DNA of 64,000 nucleotides from positions 124,001 to 188,000 of the IMG/VR virus record IMGVR_UViG_3300042359_000853; one strand, given 5' to 3'. Below the pieces are notes generated by a model. It did not search any database and was not told the DNA's origin. It was given only the letters and a program-made list of their open reading frames with translations. Position numbers and translations under genes: made by a program. How positions within the stretch are numbered: position 1 is the first letter of the stretch; each line of letters begins with the position of its first letter. This document shows positions 40,453-49,440 of this stretch, one piece after another.

Positions 40453-40536
40453 ATTTCTAAAGTTTTTTTTAGTTATATATTAAAGTTTTTTTTTCTCTAT
40501 TCCTAACATTTTCATAAAAAATATTATAATTAGATT

Positions 40537-41661
40537 ATGAGTAAAATATTTTTAGTAGGTGATATACACCTAGGTATGGGTTGGCCTAATAGTTATACTA
40601 AATGGTCAAAGGTCCATCAAGATTATTTTTCCGATTTTCTATTTCCACTTCTTGAAAGTCAGTTAAGTAGCCAAGATATTATTGTATTACTTGGTGATTT
40701 TTTTGATAATCGTGAAGTGATACCTATAGATACCTTAAATTATGGAAAAAGTGTTATAGAAAGATTATCTCGGTTAGCTCCAACACACATCATCGTTGGA
40801 AATCACGATCTTTGGACTAGAAGTTCATCCGAGATCAATTCAGTCAATATTTTTGGATGGATACCGAATGTTTCTATTTATCAAAAAACTTCCCAAATCC
40901 AATATAGAGATAAGAAGATTTGTATGATGCCCTATATTCACCATAAAGAAGAACAAATCAAAGAAATCGAAAAATTTAGAGATAGTAACTATTTATTTTG
41001 TCATTCAGATCTGAATGGATGTAAAATGCACTTAACATCGACAGCGCATAGAAACTCGGATAAAATTGATCTAGATGAGTTCAGGTCTTTTGAAAAAGTA
41101 AGATCAGGTCATATTCACATTCGTCAAGAGACAGGTATATTCAAGTTTGTTGGTTCTATTTTTCAAATGGATAGAGCTGATATGGGAGACCAGAAAGGTA
41201 TTTGGATTATTGATACTGATGATGATTCCGAGGTTTTCATCCCCAACACGAAATCTCCTATTTTCGAAAAGGTTTATGTTAAAACTCCTGAAGATGTTGA
41301 AGATTTATCTAACCTAAAAGATTCTAAAAACTGGATAGATCTCTATATCTCAAACTCACTTCTTATCAACAACAGAAAACTCAGAAGAAAGTTGGAGATT
41401 CTTTTAGAAACAATTAACTTTTTATCGGTAAGTTATATTGATGATATTCAAGTTTTAGAAAAATTAGAAGGTCAAAATGAGTCAGGAGTCTTGGACGAAG
41501 AGGTCATAGCAAGAGCTATCAATCTTGAACTCGAATATACAGAAGTTATTAAAAACTATATAGAAGAACAAAAGTGGGAATCAAAAAAGATCAAATCTGG
41601 TATTCTTACTGAGTTTGACGAAATTAGTAGAATATATCAAGATGGATTTCAAAAAAATTAA
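40537..41661 (+). CDS. Recombination nuclease (T4 gp47 / Mre11-SbcD-like)
   Basis: GDIHLG, LGDFFDNR, VGNHD, FCH, SGHIH. Confidence 0.92.
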   Translation: MSKIFLVGDIHLGMGWPNSYTKWSKVHQDYFSDFLFPLLESQLSSQDIIVLLGDFFDNREVIPIDTLNYGKSVIERLSRLAPTHIIVGNHDLWTRSSSEINSVNIFGWIPNVSIYQKTSQIQYRDKKICMMPYIHHKEEQIKEIEKFRDSNYLFCHSDLNGCKMHLTSTAHRNSDKIDLDEFRSFEKVRSGHIHIRQETGIFKFVGSIFQMDRADMGDQKGIWIIDTDDDSEVFIPNTKSPIFEKVYVKTPEDVEDLSNLKDSKNWIDLYISNSLLINNRKLRRKLEILLETINFLSVSYIDDIQVLEKLEGQNESGVLDEEVIARAINLELEYTEVIKNYIEEQKWESKKIKSGILTEFDEISRIYQDGFQKN

Positions 41662-41664
41662 ACT

Positions 41665-42471
41665 ATGATACTTGTTACTGGATACAAAGGATTTATTGGT
41701 AAAAACCTATTTGATAAACTCATACAACTCAACTACTCCATCACAGGTTTAGATAGTGAATATTTTCTAGAAGAAGATTGGCAAGGTTGGCTAAAAAAGT
41801 ACTTGAATGATAAATCACCAAGTTTCGTATTTCATGTAGGTGCGTGCTCCGATACACTAGAGACTGATGTAAATTATATGCTTACTAGAAACTATGAATC
41901 TACTAGAATCATTTCTTCTTGGTGCGAAAGAAACGGTGTGGGTTTGGTTTATTCTTCCTCGGCTGCTAACTATGGATCGACTGGTCATCTTCCTACAAAT
42001 CTTTATGGATGGAGTAAAAAAATAGCTGAAGATTTTGTATTATTAAAAGGTGGGGTTGCTCTTCGATATTTCAATGCCTTCGGACCTGGTGAAGAAGGTA
42101 AAGGTAAAATGGCTTCTGTAGCCTATCAATCATGGATTAGAAATAAAGTGGGTGAGAAGATTAAACTCTTTCCAGGCCGTCCAACTCGAGATTTTATCTA
42201 TATAAGAGATATTGTAGAGGCGAATATATCTGCTATGAAAAACTACAGATCTATTTTTGGTAATTACTATGATATAGGAACTGGAGTTTCATCACCATTT
42301 GAAGATGTTTTAGAAAATTTAGATATACCTTTCACCTATACCGATAGTCTAGAAATACCAAAAGGATATCAATTTTTCACACAAGCTAATTCATCGAAAT
42401 TTCTAAGAGGTTGGGAACCCAGATGGACTCTCTCAACTGCTCTAGCCGATTATAGAAAATATTTAGATTAA
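41665..42471 (+). CDS. hldD: ADP-L-glycero-D-manno-heptose 6-epimerase-like
   Basis: TGYKGFIG, FHVGACSDT, YSSSAANYG, YGWSK, LRYFN, GKGKMASV, RDFIY. Confidence 0.85.
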   Translation: MILVTGYKGFIGKNLFDKLIQLNYSITGLDSEYFLEEDWQGWLKKYLNDKSPSFVFHVGACSDTLETDVNYMLTRNYESTRIISSWCERNGVGLVYSSSAANYGSTGHLPTNLYGWSKKIAEDFVLLKGGVALRYFNAFGPGEEGKGKMASVAYQSWIRNKVGEKIKLFPGRPTRDFIYIRDIVEANISAMKNYRSIFGNYYDIGTGVSSPFEDVLENLDIPFTYTDSLEIPKGYQFFTQANSSKFLRGWEPRWTLSTALADYRKYLD

Positions 42472-43409
42472 GCAAATATCTTATTCGCGTAGTTTCTGGT
42501 TTCTCTGCTCAATTGGTCCTGTATTTCTACAAAAGGAATTCCATCTTCTAGAGCTTTTTTATAAATATCTAGATTAGGACCACTGTTGTATCCAGCAACA
42601 GCTAGGTCAAGTCTTTTCGGAAACCTATTTAGATGATCATTCATCATTTTTATATAGATTCTTAAAGATTCTTCTGAATTAGTTCTTAGACCACGACCAC
42701 CATAGGAGTTCCAAGTTCCTATCAAAAACTGACACAGACCCACAGCTCCTGCACTAGATCTTGCCCTAGGATTAAAGTTAGATTCAGTGTAGATTTGTCT
42801 TAGCGCTATAATATAGGGAAGACCTATTGAATTACAATCCCCCTCGAATTTTTTTGCTACTTCTTGGCCTACCACTTCTACGAATTTATTCTTCAAGCTC
42901 TCATCATCAGGTAAAGGATCTCTAGAAGGGGCTTTAGCACCATCAAAAGTGGGAATACCCCCTTTCAGTGGAAGATCAAACTGTCTATTTAATACTGGTG
43001 ATTCAGACTCCTTGCGAACAGGTCCTTCTGGTGGCATTTCAGTTGAGGGTTTTTTTGTAGTAGTAGAAGTTGTTGTTGCTTCTTTGGTTGTAGTTGTTGG
43101 TGTAGTATCTTGTTCTTTTGGTGTTCCGGCTGGTGTTTTCCAGGCCTGAGCTCTAGTTATCACTTTTTTTGGTGAGCCATCTTCTCTTTCATCTGGAAAT
43201 TCAGTATCTAATATGTCGATTGATCTTTGATAAGAGTCTTTGAAATCTTTTCCAGTTATTTGATACCATTTCGTTGAACCCTTTCGTCTTGAGAGCCAAT
43301 GTCCACCTTCTACCTTGTACTCAAAAGGATCGCCAGATCGTGTTTTAATTTCACCTACAGATTCGGTCAGATAGCTATAAAATTGTTCCCAATTATGAAG
43401 TCTTCTCAT
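42468..43409 (-). CDS. Lytic transglycosylase (SLT domain) with T/P linker
   Basis: TESNFNPRARSSAGAVGLCQF, AGYNSGP, ETRNY. Confidence 0.9.
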   Translation of the reverse strand: MRRLHNWEQFYSYLTESVGEIKTRSGDPFEYKVEGGHWLSRRKGSTKWYQITGKDFKDSYQRSIDILDTEFPDEREDGSPKKVITRAQAWKTPAGTPKEQDTTPTTTTKEATTTSTTTKKPSTEMPPEGPVRKESESPVLNRQFDLPLKGGIPTFDGAKAPSRDPLPDDESLKNKFVEVVGQEVAKKFEGDCNSIGLPYIIALRQIYTESNFNPRARSSAGAVGLCQFLIGTWNSYGGRGLRTNSEESLRIYIKMMNDHLNRFPKRLDLAVAGYNSGPNLDIYKKALEDGIPFVEIQDQLSRETRNYANKIFA

Positions 43410-43423
43410 AGATTTGTTTTTTT

Positions 43424-43990
43424 TTATCTAGAATAGTTAGGTGTTCTAGGCCCCTTTTTGCCCTCTTTTTCAACCTTTCTTTTACGAGCAACAGATGCCT
43501 TTTTTTGTTTTTTTGTCATTTTAGCTGCTACTCTTACCTTACGACATTTTGGATATCCACCCCTCGACGCATCATCTCTACCACATGGTGGATGTGATCC
43601 ATCTGGATTTGTTTTAGAAATATCAACCCACTTTTCTTTAAACCACTTATCTAGACCACCGTGAGTATCTGAATAAGACCGTTTTTTTTCAAAGAACTGA
43701 GAATAGGATAGAATGTTATCTATAGATTCCTGTGTATTTTCTATTTGTTCTAGTTTATCGTAGTATTTCGGATCTTCCATCAGATGATCAGTAGCTATTT
43801 CTCTAGCAATACTCTGGTCATCGGTGTGCTCCATTTCAACAGAAATACCCCTTTCTAGTTGCTTGTCGATCGTCTGATCTTCAATAGGAAGATTGTGTTT
43901 CTTCTTGATATCTGCTAGAGTTTTACCATCGGATAGACCACCTGGTATTTTATCTTCTAAAAAAGATTGATATTTTAGAACGTCTTTCAT
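43424..43990 (-). CDS. DUF5661-like domain + basic C-terminal domain
   Basis: GISVEMEHT..AREIATDHLMEDPKYYDKL; GLDKWFKEKWVDI..PCGR..YPKCR. Confidence 0.7.
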   Translation of the reverse strand: MKDVLKYQSFLEDKIPGGLSDGKTLADIKKKHNLPIEDQTIDKQLERGISVEMEHTDDQSIAREIATDHLMEDPKYYDKLEQIENTQESIDNILSYSQFFEKKRSYSDTHGGLDKWFKEKWVDISKTNPDGSHPPCGRDDASRGGYPKCRKVRVAAKMTKKQKKASVARKRKVEKEGKKGPRTPNYSR

Positions 43991-44778
43991 TTTTTGGATC
44001 TTGATTTTTTCTTACCCTTTTTCCAGCGACCACCCTTTTCTTTGTATCTTTTAGCTGCTGCTCCTACAGCATAGGCTGAAGGCCAAACTTCGTATCTTGA
44101 TTTGGCCCAACTCTTACAAGAAGCCCAAAGAGATGGATTGAGAGGTATGTTTTTCTCTAATAAAAAACTATATCCAACACTTTCATTATGTTGTATGTAA
44201 AGTTTCAGCTCATCTTGAATAAACCCAACCGCCTCTTCTATTCCAGAAAAGTATAACTCTTCAAATTCATCGTCTAAGTCTTCGAGATTAGTAGAGAATA
44301 GTTTATGTATTCTCACTAGACCTTCTTCACGATTTTCATCTATGTTGATAACCCACTCATAATAATAATCAAGATCGAGTTCATCGCTAGTATATCTAAC
44401 TTTCACAACAATATCATCATCTTGCATTTCCCAATCGAATTTAGATTCAAGCCCTGAAAAAAGTTCAGAAAATTCAATCATTTTTTCTTTTAGATAATTA
44501 ATATCTTGAGATATATCTTCATTTATTTGATAAAATTGAGAAAATTTGTAAACAATACCCTCTTCTATCTGTGATTGAACTTGGGTATCTAAAATTTCAT
44601 ATTCATCTATATCGGGAAGAAGAGCTAATTTACTACCAGAATCCCAATCTACAAAAATACTTCCCATATCATCAATATAACTTATTTTTCCCTCATCACC
44701 ACTTCTAAGTTTAGTATAGGGATCTTCCAGTCGTATAATTCTTACTCTTTTTCCTATTAAATTGTCTTTTTCTTTCAT
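43987..44778 (-). CDS. DUF4314-like N-terminus + acidic middle + basic WPSAYA domain
   Basis: LEDPY..GDEG..IDDMGSIFVDWDSGSKLAL; AKSRYEVWPSAYA..YKEKGG. Confidence 0.7.
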   Translation of the reverse strand: MKEKDNLIGKRVRIIRLEDPYTKLRSGDEGKISYIDDMGSIFVDWDSGSKLALLPDIDEYEILDTQVQSQIEEGIVYKFSQFYQINEDISQDINYLKEKMIEFSELFSGLESKFDWEMQDDDIVVKVRYTSDELDLDYYYEWVINIDENREEGLVRIHKLFSTNLEDLDDEFEELYFSGIEEAVGFIQDELKLYIQHNESVGYSFLLEKNIPLNPSLWASCKSWAKSRYEVWPSAYAVGAAAKRYKEKGGRWKKGKKKSRSKK

Positions 44779-44831
44779 ATCTGTATGTATATATATATTT
44801 TTTGAAAAATAGTAATTTTATATATAAACAA

Positions 44832-45518
44832 ATGATTACTACAAAAGATTTAGAAACAACATTCAAGGAAATATTCGAAACTGAAAAGGGGTTAGTTCAA
44901 TCCATAGAAACTGTATTCGAATTATCAAGGGATAAAAGTTTTTACAAACTCGTAATTTCTATACATGGACTTTCTATCGAAGATACACTTATTATTCATA
45001 CTAAATTTATCTTCAAAACAAATTTAGAAAAAAACAAATTAATCGAAAACTCGTTTATCTATCTCTACGATATAAATTGTGAATATCACAAAGTAGATTT
45101 TAGAAATATTATTGATCTTAGAAAAAAGATAGAAGATATTATTGAATCAAATGAGTTCGGAACAGATCTTCAAATACTCTCTGATTTTATCGAGGCACCA
45201 TCGATGTTCTTGAACTATTATCTTAAAAGAGCTAGAATAACAAACTACTCAATTTATGATGTTAAATATGATCCGAAATTTAAGACACTACCTTGTAGTC
45301 AAATAACATTTGATTTCAAGATAAATGTTAATAACGCTTATGATATTTCAGTTTCTATTCAGAAAAAAGAAAAAGAAGAGGTTGATGATATAGTGAGGTA
45401 TAAATTCAGATTTCAATTTTTAGATAAAATCTTTAATAGAGAAACCGACACACTAACAAACATTCACTTTTTTATTGGATCAAATATAGCAAAAACGCTC
45501 GATAAAATGATTAAATAA
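44832..45518 (+). CDS. Conserved hypothetical (probable start ATG 44832)
   Basis: Late motif at 44816-44826 directly upstream. Confidence 0.6.
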   Translation: MITTKDLETTFKEIFETEKGLVQSIETVFELSRDKSFYKLVISIHGLSIEDTLIIHTKFIFKTNLEKNKLIENSFIYLYDINCEYHKVDFRNIIDLRKKIEDIIESNEFGTDLQILSDFIEAPSMFLNYYLKRARITNYSIYDVKYDPKFKTLPCSQITFDFKINVNNAYDISVSIQKKEKEEVDDIVRYKFRFQFLDKIFNRETDTLTNIHFFIGSNIAKTLDKMIK

Positions 45519-45550
45519 TTTATATATACATAAAAATAAAAACTTCTACT

Positions 45551-46282
45551 ATGTTCAAACCAAATACCAATAACTATAGAACAAAATATTCTAAAATATC
45601 TCAATTTCATGATTTTACTGATAACATCTCATCTGAAAAAGATGATTTAGAAAGTGTAAAAAGAAGTTATGATCAAGATCATGATTCAGATTATGAGCTA
45701 CCTAATCTCTTCAAGTATAAATACAACCGTGTAACTCGAAAGATAGATGATAAAACGAAAGCTGAAGTTTTAGATGAGTTAGAAGAGATGCCAAATCCAA
45801 AAAAAGAAAAAGAATATACATTAGAACTTGAAAATTTAACTTCATTTGAGGATTTCGCAGATACACCGTCAAATGAAGTGAATGAAGGACCAACTTCCTA
45901 TATGTTTTTCAATAATCTTAAACTTATTCATAAACTTGTTAACGAAATGCTTACTTACGACCAAGAAGTAGTAAACTCTATTTTAGATCACGGTCACAAC
46001 TGGGCCGAAGATCATATGTCAGTAGCAAAAGAAGCTATTTCTCATGTAAGAAACTATTTTGTTGGTGAAGTTGATGCTATCTCCGAATCTTACGAAGGTA
46101 ACTATATGTTTTTCGGAAATCTAGTTTGTATTTCTGATATGATTGAAGAGATTATGGATAGAGATCCAAATAAAATTGACGTAGAGCTTAAAGAAAAACA
46201 CGACTGGGCTGAAGATCATGTCTCAGCCGCTAAAGAAAATGTTACACAAGTTTATGATTTTCTAAAAAATGAAATTAAATAA
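45551..46282 (+). CDS. Protein with tandem HxWAEDH helical repeat
   Basis: Two copies of YMFFxNL...HxWAEDHxSxAKE. Confidence 0.7.
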   Translation: MFKPNTNNYRTKYSKISQFHDFTDNISSEKDDLESVKRSYDQDHDSDYELPNLFKYKYNRVTRKIDDKTKAEVLDELEEMPNPKKEKEYTLELENLTSFEDFADTPSNEVNEGPTSYMFFNNLKLIHKLVNEMLTYDQEVVNSILDHGHNWAEDHMSVAKEAISHVRNYFVGEVDAISESYEGNYMFFGNLVCISDMIEEIMDRDPNKIDVELKEKHDWAEDHVSAAKENVTQVYDFLKNEIK

Positions 46283-46285
46283 GAT

Positions 46286-47707
46286 ATGATTGATAAATAT
46301 TCCCAGTTTTTAGCACAAAAACTCTTATTAGAATCTGAAATCAAATATTCTGATGGTTTTAGAAAGATATTATCTGATATTGGTGACCCAGTAAGTAAAA
46401 CACTATCTTCTCTGGAAAATCAAGATATTAAAACGAATGTTAATTTTATTGATATTCTCAAAGATGATAAAGAGCAATTATCGTTTATTCAAGATAAAAA
46501 AGCTTCAACTCTTTTAAGTAAACTCAAAAATGAAATAGATGTAACTTGGAATGGACAGGGTGGAATACTCAAGAACAACGCGGATAATGAAGATGTTTTT
46601 TCAGCTCTTGGATATGTTAGACCTGAATCCGGTAATCTTCCAAGACCAGCTTCTACACAAACCAGAGGAAAATTATTGAGAGATACGATTTCACCTAAAA
46701 GTGGTAAAATCTATGTTCTTGTAAAGTTTGGTGATATGGAAACAGTTCTCAATAAAGAGTTCTTAAATTTTGTTGATAGATCCGATGAGATCTGGACCCA
46801 ATCAGTTAGACAACCCATGCGTGTAGGAAGAGCAGTGACTGCTCTATTACAAAATGCACCTGTGAAACACACTTCGGTTGAAATTGCTGATTTTGTAAAT
46901 AGATATAAAACAAAAGTTGATGAACTAAATGACGTATTTAGATTTATAGAAGTTGTAAGTGGTGATGATATAGCTAAGTGGTATCATGTAGAAAACTATG
47001 AAGAAAAATCGGGTGGTTCAGAACTTCACCGATCATGTATGGCAAGAAAATCAGCAGGTGTCTTTGAAATCTATACCAAGAATCCAGAAGTTTGTCAGTT
47101 AATTATTCAAAAAAGTGAGAGTGATCCCGACAAAATATCCGCTAGAGCTCTTCTGTGGACTTTGAATAGTGGAAAAAAGTTTATGGATAGAGTTTATTTT
47201 AATGATCCTCAGTCTATTGAGTTATTTAGAAGTTATTGTAAAGAAAATAATATATGGGCTAAATATAATAATAATAGCGGAGCTTTTTCATCTGCTATTA
47301 ATCCCGAAAATGGATCTAGAGAAGAGATCGAAATAGAAGTGGTTCTTGAATCGAGGAAGTACCGTCAGTTTCCCTATATGGATACACTGAAGTTTTTTCA
47401 TCCGAAAAAAGCAATTCTAGACAACTCACATGAGGATGATCCGAACTGGTATAAATTAGAAGACACCGCTGGTGATTATATAAGTCAAGAAGATCAGGGG
47501 TGTGATAGGTGCTACGGTGAAGATTATGTTGATTGTTGGGAATGTGATGGAACGGCTTATTCTAGTTGTGATAATTGTGACGGAGACGGTAAAGTTGAAG
47601 ATGAAGATGGAACAAAAGTTGAATGTGATGTATGCAATGGTAGTGGCAGAATCAATTGTGATACTTGTGATGGGGATGGAAGACTTACTTGTCCTGAATG
47701 TGGTTAA
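46286..47707 (+). CDS. SCM-RALLW-MDRVY family protein, copy 2, with C-terminal DnaJ-type zinc finger
   Basis: RSCMARK..ARALLW..FMDRVY..FPYMDTLKF; five CxxCxG repeats plus a terminal CPEC. Confidence 0.75.
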   Translation: MIDKYSQFLAQKLLLESEIKYSDGFRKILSDIGDPVSKTLSSLENQDIKTNVNFIDILKDDKEQLSFIQDKKASTLLSKLKNEIDVTWNGQGGILKNNADNEDVFSALGYVRPESGNLPRPASTQTRGKLLRDTISPKSGKIYVLVKFGDMETVLNKEFLNFVDRSDEIWTQSVRQPMRVGRAVTALLQNAPVKHTSVEIADFVNRYKTKVDELNDVFRFIEVVSGDDIAKWYHVENYEEKSGGSELHRSCMARKSAGVFEIYTKNPEVCQLIIQKSESDPDKISARALLWTLNSGKKFMDRVYFNDPQSIELFRSYCKENNIWAKYNNNSGAFSSAINPENGSREEIEIEVVLESRKYRQFPYMDTLKFFHPKKAILDNSHEDDPNWYKLEDTAGDYISQEDQGCDRCYGEDYVDCWECDGTAYSSCDNCDGDGKVEDEDGTKVECDVCNGSGRINCDTCDGDGRLTCPECG

Positions 47708-47709
47708 GA

Positions 47710-48651
47710 TTAAATCTTGATTCCTGTCACTGGATCGTAGTTTAAAATAAGAATCTCACGACCTTTTTCTTGTGGTTTTTTTGTTGATGCGTTATTTCCA
47801 CCTGAGGCAGAGGATCGATTAACTTCTTTTTCATACCACACATATTTATCTTTCGGAAGAAGCTCTTCAAGTAATGGAAAGTAATAATAAGATAGAGACC
47901 ACCTTGAAGATGTAGTTTTAAGAAGTTCTAATAACCTTCTATGTGAAGCGGGACCGAATACACCTTCAGAATCTGCACCATACCAAAATAATCTTTTAGC
48001 ATCATCTTCACCCTTTTCATTTGGTCTAAAATAAGGTGGATCTAGATATAGATAAGTTGTTGGGCTATCCCATTTTCTAATCAGAACCTCGAAATCTAGA
48101 TTATTAAATTCAGTGATTGAATTTAACTTCTGCTCATATTTGCCCTCTTTAAGTTTTTTTAGAAGTGTAAGAAGTTTTAGTCGGTCTTTATCTTTTTTGT
48201 AACCATTAAACCCAGCTCCTCTTGGATAAACCGAATTGTGAGAAGATGTGATTAAAAACGCGTAGATTGCTGCTCTCTTTAGGTCAGGAATCTCGAAATC
48301 TGTAATATCCAAGAAATCATTCTTGGTATATTTGTGGTAGATAGATTTGTAAAAATCCCATTTTTTTAAGGGGTCAGTTTCTGTCGTTCTTAGAGGACCA
48401 GATAAGAACTTTTCTAGAACATCTACGAATGCATCTTTTTGAGAAGCACATTTGAAGAGATTGACTTGGTGTCTGTTTTTATCATTGAAGATGACTTTGT
48501 CAAAGACCAACTCTGGATCATCCATGTAAGTGGCAAAGCTACCACTGAATGGTTCAATATAACAATCTATACCGGTTTTGGGAATTTTTTTATTGATAAA
48601 TTCCATAAAAACATTCGAACTCTTGCCGCCAAAAAAACTGATAATTGACAT
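47710..48651 (-). CDS. dam: DNA adenine methyltransferase (Dam/D12 class), copy 2
   Basis: SFFGGKS, EPFSGS, FNDKN, LDPPY. Confidence 0.9.
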   Translation of the reverse strand: MSIISFFGGKSSNVFMEFINKKIPKTGIDCYIEPFSGSFATYMDDPELVFDKVIFNDKNRHQVNLFKCASQKDAFVDVLEKFLSGPLRTTETDPLKKWDFYKSIYHKYTKNDFLDITDFEIPDLKRAAIYAFLITSSHNSVYPRGAGFNGYKKDKDRLKLLTLLKKLKEGKYEQKLNSITEFNNLDFEVLIRKWDSPTTYLYLDPPYFRPNEKGEDDAKRLFWYGADSEGVFGPASHRRLLELLKTTSSRWSLSYYYFPLLEELLPKDKYVWYEKEVNRSSASGGNNASTKKPQEKGREILILNYDPVTGIKI

Positions 48652-48720
48652 TTTACTTTCTATATTTAATTTTTGTCTTAGTTATAGATACTACTCCATC
48701 GAAAGTTTCACTACTTTCAT

Positions 48721-48750
48721 AAAAAAACCCAACTCTTCTGGAGTTGGGTT
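48721..48750 (-). terminator. Intrinsic terminator after tmRNA
   Basis: Minus strand AACCCAACTC-CAGAA-GAGTTGGGTTTTTTT. Confidence 0.9.
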
Positions 48751-48753
48751 ACT

Positions 48754-49103
48754 TGGTGGAGGTGCTGGGATTCGAACCCAGGTTTCTACATTTACCTAAA
48801 TAATCAATCATTCACAAGCTTAGAACTCTTTTCTAAGAGAACCAACTATCGGATTTTATCGAAGAACCTTCCGAAAAAACTTTTGAGGCTATTTATAGAG
48901 TTACCTCATTCTCGGAAACGTCTAGGCTACGGCCAATCTGTTTGCCTTTAGGATGTTGTTGCGTAGGGCGAATACTAAGTCTTCAACGCTTCCTACTTCA
49001 TTCGTGTTGCCACTTAAAGTTTTCATACAACTTATGAATCGGTGAGTATGATCCGATGCTTGCTTGATTACCCGAATAAATGAGTCAAAAGCCATTCACC
49101 CCC
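48754..49103 (-). ncRNA. ssrA: tmRNA
   Basis: 5' GGGGGTGAATGGCTTTTGAC, 3' GGGTTCGAATCCCAGCACCTCCACCA; 7-bp acceptor stem with G3.U wobble and encoded CCA; internal tag ORF 48922-49011 ending LAVA*. Confidence 0.93.
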
Positions 49104-49110
49104 GAGTGTT

Positions 49111-49123
49111 GATATATATAAAA
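49111..49123 (-). promoter_or_regulatory. Representative phage late-type promoter motif TTT(T/A)ATATATA
   Basis: Sits about 8 nt upstream of the tmRNA 5' end; about 20 further copies upstream of genes in the window. Confidence 0.65.
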
Positions 49124-49138
49124 TCGAAAAGATAAGTT

Positions 49139-49435
49139 TTAATCAAAATTGAAAAAAACTTGAATGAATGGTTCACCAACTCCATCCTCAAGACACATTT
49201 CTAAAACCCCATCGTATTTAGGAAAAAATCTCATCTCAATTTCATCTAGAAAATCTGTGATTTCAATAAGACGACTTATATCCTTTAATCCTGGATCATC
49301 CAAGAAGCACTGCATATAGAAACCCTCGTCTTCCCACCATACTGAATAGTTGCATATAGCGAACTCTTCAAGATAGGCTTCGAGCTCTGATAAGATCGCT
49401 TCTCTTTCAACTTCTTCCTTTTCACTCAAGGCCAT
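49139..49435 (-). CDS. Small acidic protein
   Basis: 98 aa, E/D-rich. Confidence 0.6.
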   Translation of the reverse strand: MALSEKEEVEREAILSELEAYLEEFAICNYSVWWEDEGFYMQCFLDDPGLKDISRLIEITDFLDEIEMRFFPKYDGVLEMCLEDGVGEPFIQVFFNFD

Positions 49436-49440
49436 ATTGT

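Noticed and set aside
46286-47707. DnaJ chaperone
   Set aside because: Only the CxxCxG zinc finger is present; no J-domain HPD motif
48754-48790. Stand-alone tRNA
   Set aside because: The T-arm and CCA pair with a 5' end 350 nt away and enclose a tag ORF, so this is tmRNA; ORF 48578..48799 is spurious
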